Below are positions 62,280 to 64,000 of a stretch of DNA of 64,000 nucleotides, piece after piece; positions within the stretch are counted from its first letter, which is position 1; each line of letters begins with the position of its first letter. Under the pieces are notes generated by a model, which did no database searches, was not told the origin of the DNA, and saw nothing but the letters and a program-made list of their open reading frames with translations. The position numbers were made by a program, and so were the translations under genes. This stretch comes from Azolla caroliniana (taxonomy: Eukaryota; Plantae; Polypodiophyta), in contig JBHGNT010000009.1 of the NCBI GenBank assembly GCA_043228905.1, positions 19,096,001 through 19,160,000 of the forward strand, read 5' to 3'.

Positions 62280-64000
62280 ATGGAGGCTCAACAAGCTAAC
62301 AATATGATGGCGATGTTCGAACGGATGCTTCAAGAACAACGCACGATGTCGGAGATTTCGGCATTAGTAGAGCGGCTCGTGCAACGCAACGGGCAATTTA
62401 ATGGTAAGGATGTGTCGCGATATTTGCAGGACTACAAGGCGGAGATGCTCCGGTGCCGGGCTTCGGAAGGACTGCAAGTGACATCCTTTAACCGGGTGGC
62501 GACCGACGGGCTTCAAGGGAGTATCCACGGGTTGCAACAACAAAATCCGACGTGGGAAGCATTCGAAGAGGCGTTAAAGACCACGTTTGCCATCGAGGAC
62601 TCCTCCAAGGCAACGCGGAGGGGATTCGAGGATTGGGTGGAAACGTCAGGTAAGGGGCTGAAGGTCCTCGAAGTGTTTTCGACATTTGAAAGTCGGTTCG
62701 GGAGGTTGTCCGCGAGAGATCAAACTATTCTTGCGCCGGACAAAGTCATCATGTTTTTGCGAGCTGTGGACGTCCGGGACCGGAAAGATCTCGGAGTGCT
62801 TCTTGAGGACACGACCACCGAAAGCGGCCTCACCGAAACATGGGAAAGCGTGCGGGATATCGTCGCGCGGTACACGAAGAGGGGGCAATGGCTTGCCAAC
62901 GAAGAAAAGAGGGTTTCGGAACCGATTCCGAAACCGAGAACGGGACTGGAAGACCATCAACCGAGGGCTCGGGAGATTACGGCCGAGAAGGGAGTCGACG
63001 CGTCTACGGTGGAGCAGCTGCTGAAGGAGATGGAGAATCTAAAGATCGCGATGGTGAAGAAGTCGGATGACCGCCCCACAAGCTCCAAATATACGGATCG
63101 ACGGTGCATATGGTGCGATAGCGCCGAACACGATCGGAGGGATTGCGACGACCATAAGGAGGCGCTACGACGGGATCTCATCTACTACGAGGGAAACCGG
63201 ATTCATTCGATGGACTCTCGGAAGCCACTCCGACCGAACTTCCGGAAAGGCGGCATGAAGAAGGTGCTCGAGGAGGAGTTATCGGCAAGAAGCAACTATG
63301 CGACAACCGCGGGAATATGTGTCGGGGAGTCAACGGGAGCGAAGGCGTCTTTCTGGCCGGAGGTGCTAGGAAACACCGAGAAAACCGACTCCAACGATAT
63401 CCGAAACACCGCGGAAGGCGTCCGGGAAGCTACGGGATGGGAGTGCCCTGTCGACAAGAATAGCATATACGCCCTGTGTCAATTACATGAGGTGTATGTG
63501 GACGAGAAACGACGGCGCACGGAGGATGCGACAGGATCATCGAAGATACCGGAAAGCTGGAACTCCGGAGGTAAGGGAAAAGAAAAGGCGACTCCGGCAT
63601 TCAAGCTCGCCTCGGACATAGAACAACAAACCGACTTGAAAAGAGTGTTCGAGGAAAGAATCTTGGATAGCCGGGTAGATTTTTCGCTGCGGGAACTACT
63701 CGGAATAGCGAAGGAGTTTCACGATCTTCTCGTGGATCTCGTGAAAAGGAAGAGACAAAGTACGGAGGAAAATGCTCCAAGGGTGAATGCAAATACCGTT
63801 TCAATGAACGACACCGAAGTGGAAGGCGAAATTCCGAACTCCCACTATACAAGGCCACACTGGGCACGTGCGACTACTGAGACTCCGGTCCGAATCGGCA
63901 ACATCAAAGAACCCGTGCTAGCATTGATTGATCACGGATCGGAGATCAACTTGATGTCCAAGGAGTTCTACCGAAAGGGGAAGTGGCCTATAAACACCAA
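62280..64000 (+). CDS. gag: Gag-protease, apparently open to the window end (partial)
   Basis: ATG at 62280; CIWCDSAEHDRRDC; ALIDHGSEIN at 63921 in the same frame; absent from the ORF track, consistent with no stop before the edge. Confidence 0.88.
   Translation, partial: MEAQQANNMMAMFERMLQEQRTMSEISALVERLVQRNGQFNGKDVSRYLQDYKAEMLRCRASEGLQVTSFNRVATDGLQGSIHGLQQQNPTWEAFEEALKTTFAIEDSSKATRRGFEDWVETSGKGLKVLEVFSTFESRFGRLSARDQTILAPDKVIMFLRAVDVRDRKDLGVLLEDTTTESGLTETWESVRDIVARYTKRGQWLANEEKRVSEPIPKPRTGLEDHQPRAREITAEKGVDASTVEQLLKEMENLKIAMVKKSDDRPTSSKYTDRRCIWCDSAEHDRRDCDDHKEALRRDLIYYEGNRIHSMDSRKPLRPNFRKGGMKKVLEEELSARSNYATTAGICVGESTGAKASFWPEVLGNTEKTDSNDIRNTAEGVREATGWECPVDKNSIYALCQLHEVYVDEKRRRTEDATGSSKIPESWNSGGKGKEKATPAFKLASDIEQQTDLKRVFEERILDSRVDFSLRELLGIAKEFHDLLVDLVKRKRQSTEENAPRVNANTVSMNDTEVEGEIPNSHYTRPHWARATTETPVRIGNIKEPVLALIDHGSEINLMSKEFYRKGKWPINT

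Larger units (their letters stand above)
61436..64000 (+). mobile_element. Phygy-like gypsy, 5' part (runs off the window)
   Basis: 5' LTR 61436-62241; left target CCGT; perfect Trp-PBS 62246-62262; three 23-bp repeats at 61521-61589. Confidence 0.93.

Noticed and set aside
1-64000. Host genes, env-like ORFs or DNA transposons
   Set aside because: Nearly all sequence is accounted for by LTR elements; no transposase, env or exon structure was recognised

Overview
The window is a gene-free pile of nested LTR retrotransposons, typical of plant heterochromatin. The families (self-priming Tcn1-like chromoviruses and tRNA-Trp-primed Phygy-like Ty3/gypsy with 4-bp TSDs) point to a moss, Physcomitrium-like genome (inference). 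About 19 elements, solo LTRs and fragments could be delimited from TG...CA ends, PBS, PPT and target-site duplications (TSDs), nested up to five deep. One Tcn1-like chromovirus (37578-43260) looks intact with identical LTRs, and one copia (54497-59805) is intact except for a single nonsense codon. No host gene, true tRNA, rRNA or CRISPR is supported. The most interesting signals are: (1) an antisense tRNA-like A-box/B-box (Pol III promoter) cassette in the U3 of LTRs from two unrelated gypsy lineages; (2) CpG-centred target sites ([A/C]CG[G/T]) for the Phygy-like LTR group; (3) -1 frameshift slippery sites with pseudoknots in both gypsy families; (4) a tandem triplication of PR-RT-RH with a gene-conversion tract and templated filler; (5) a D-H-G protease motif; (6) all gypsy insertions on the same strand. 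All alignments were done by eye.
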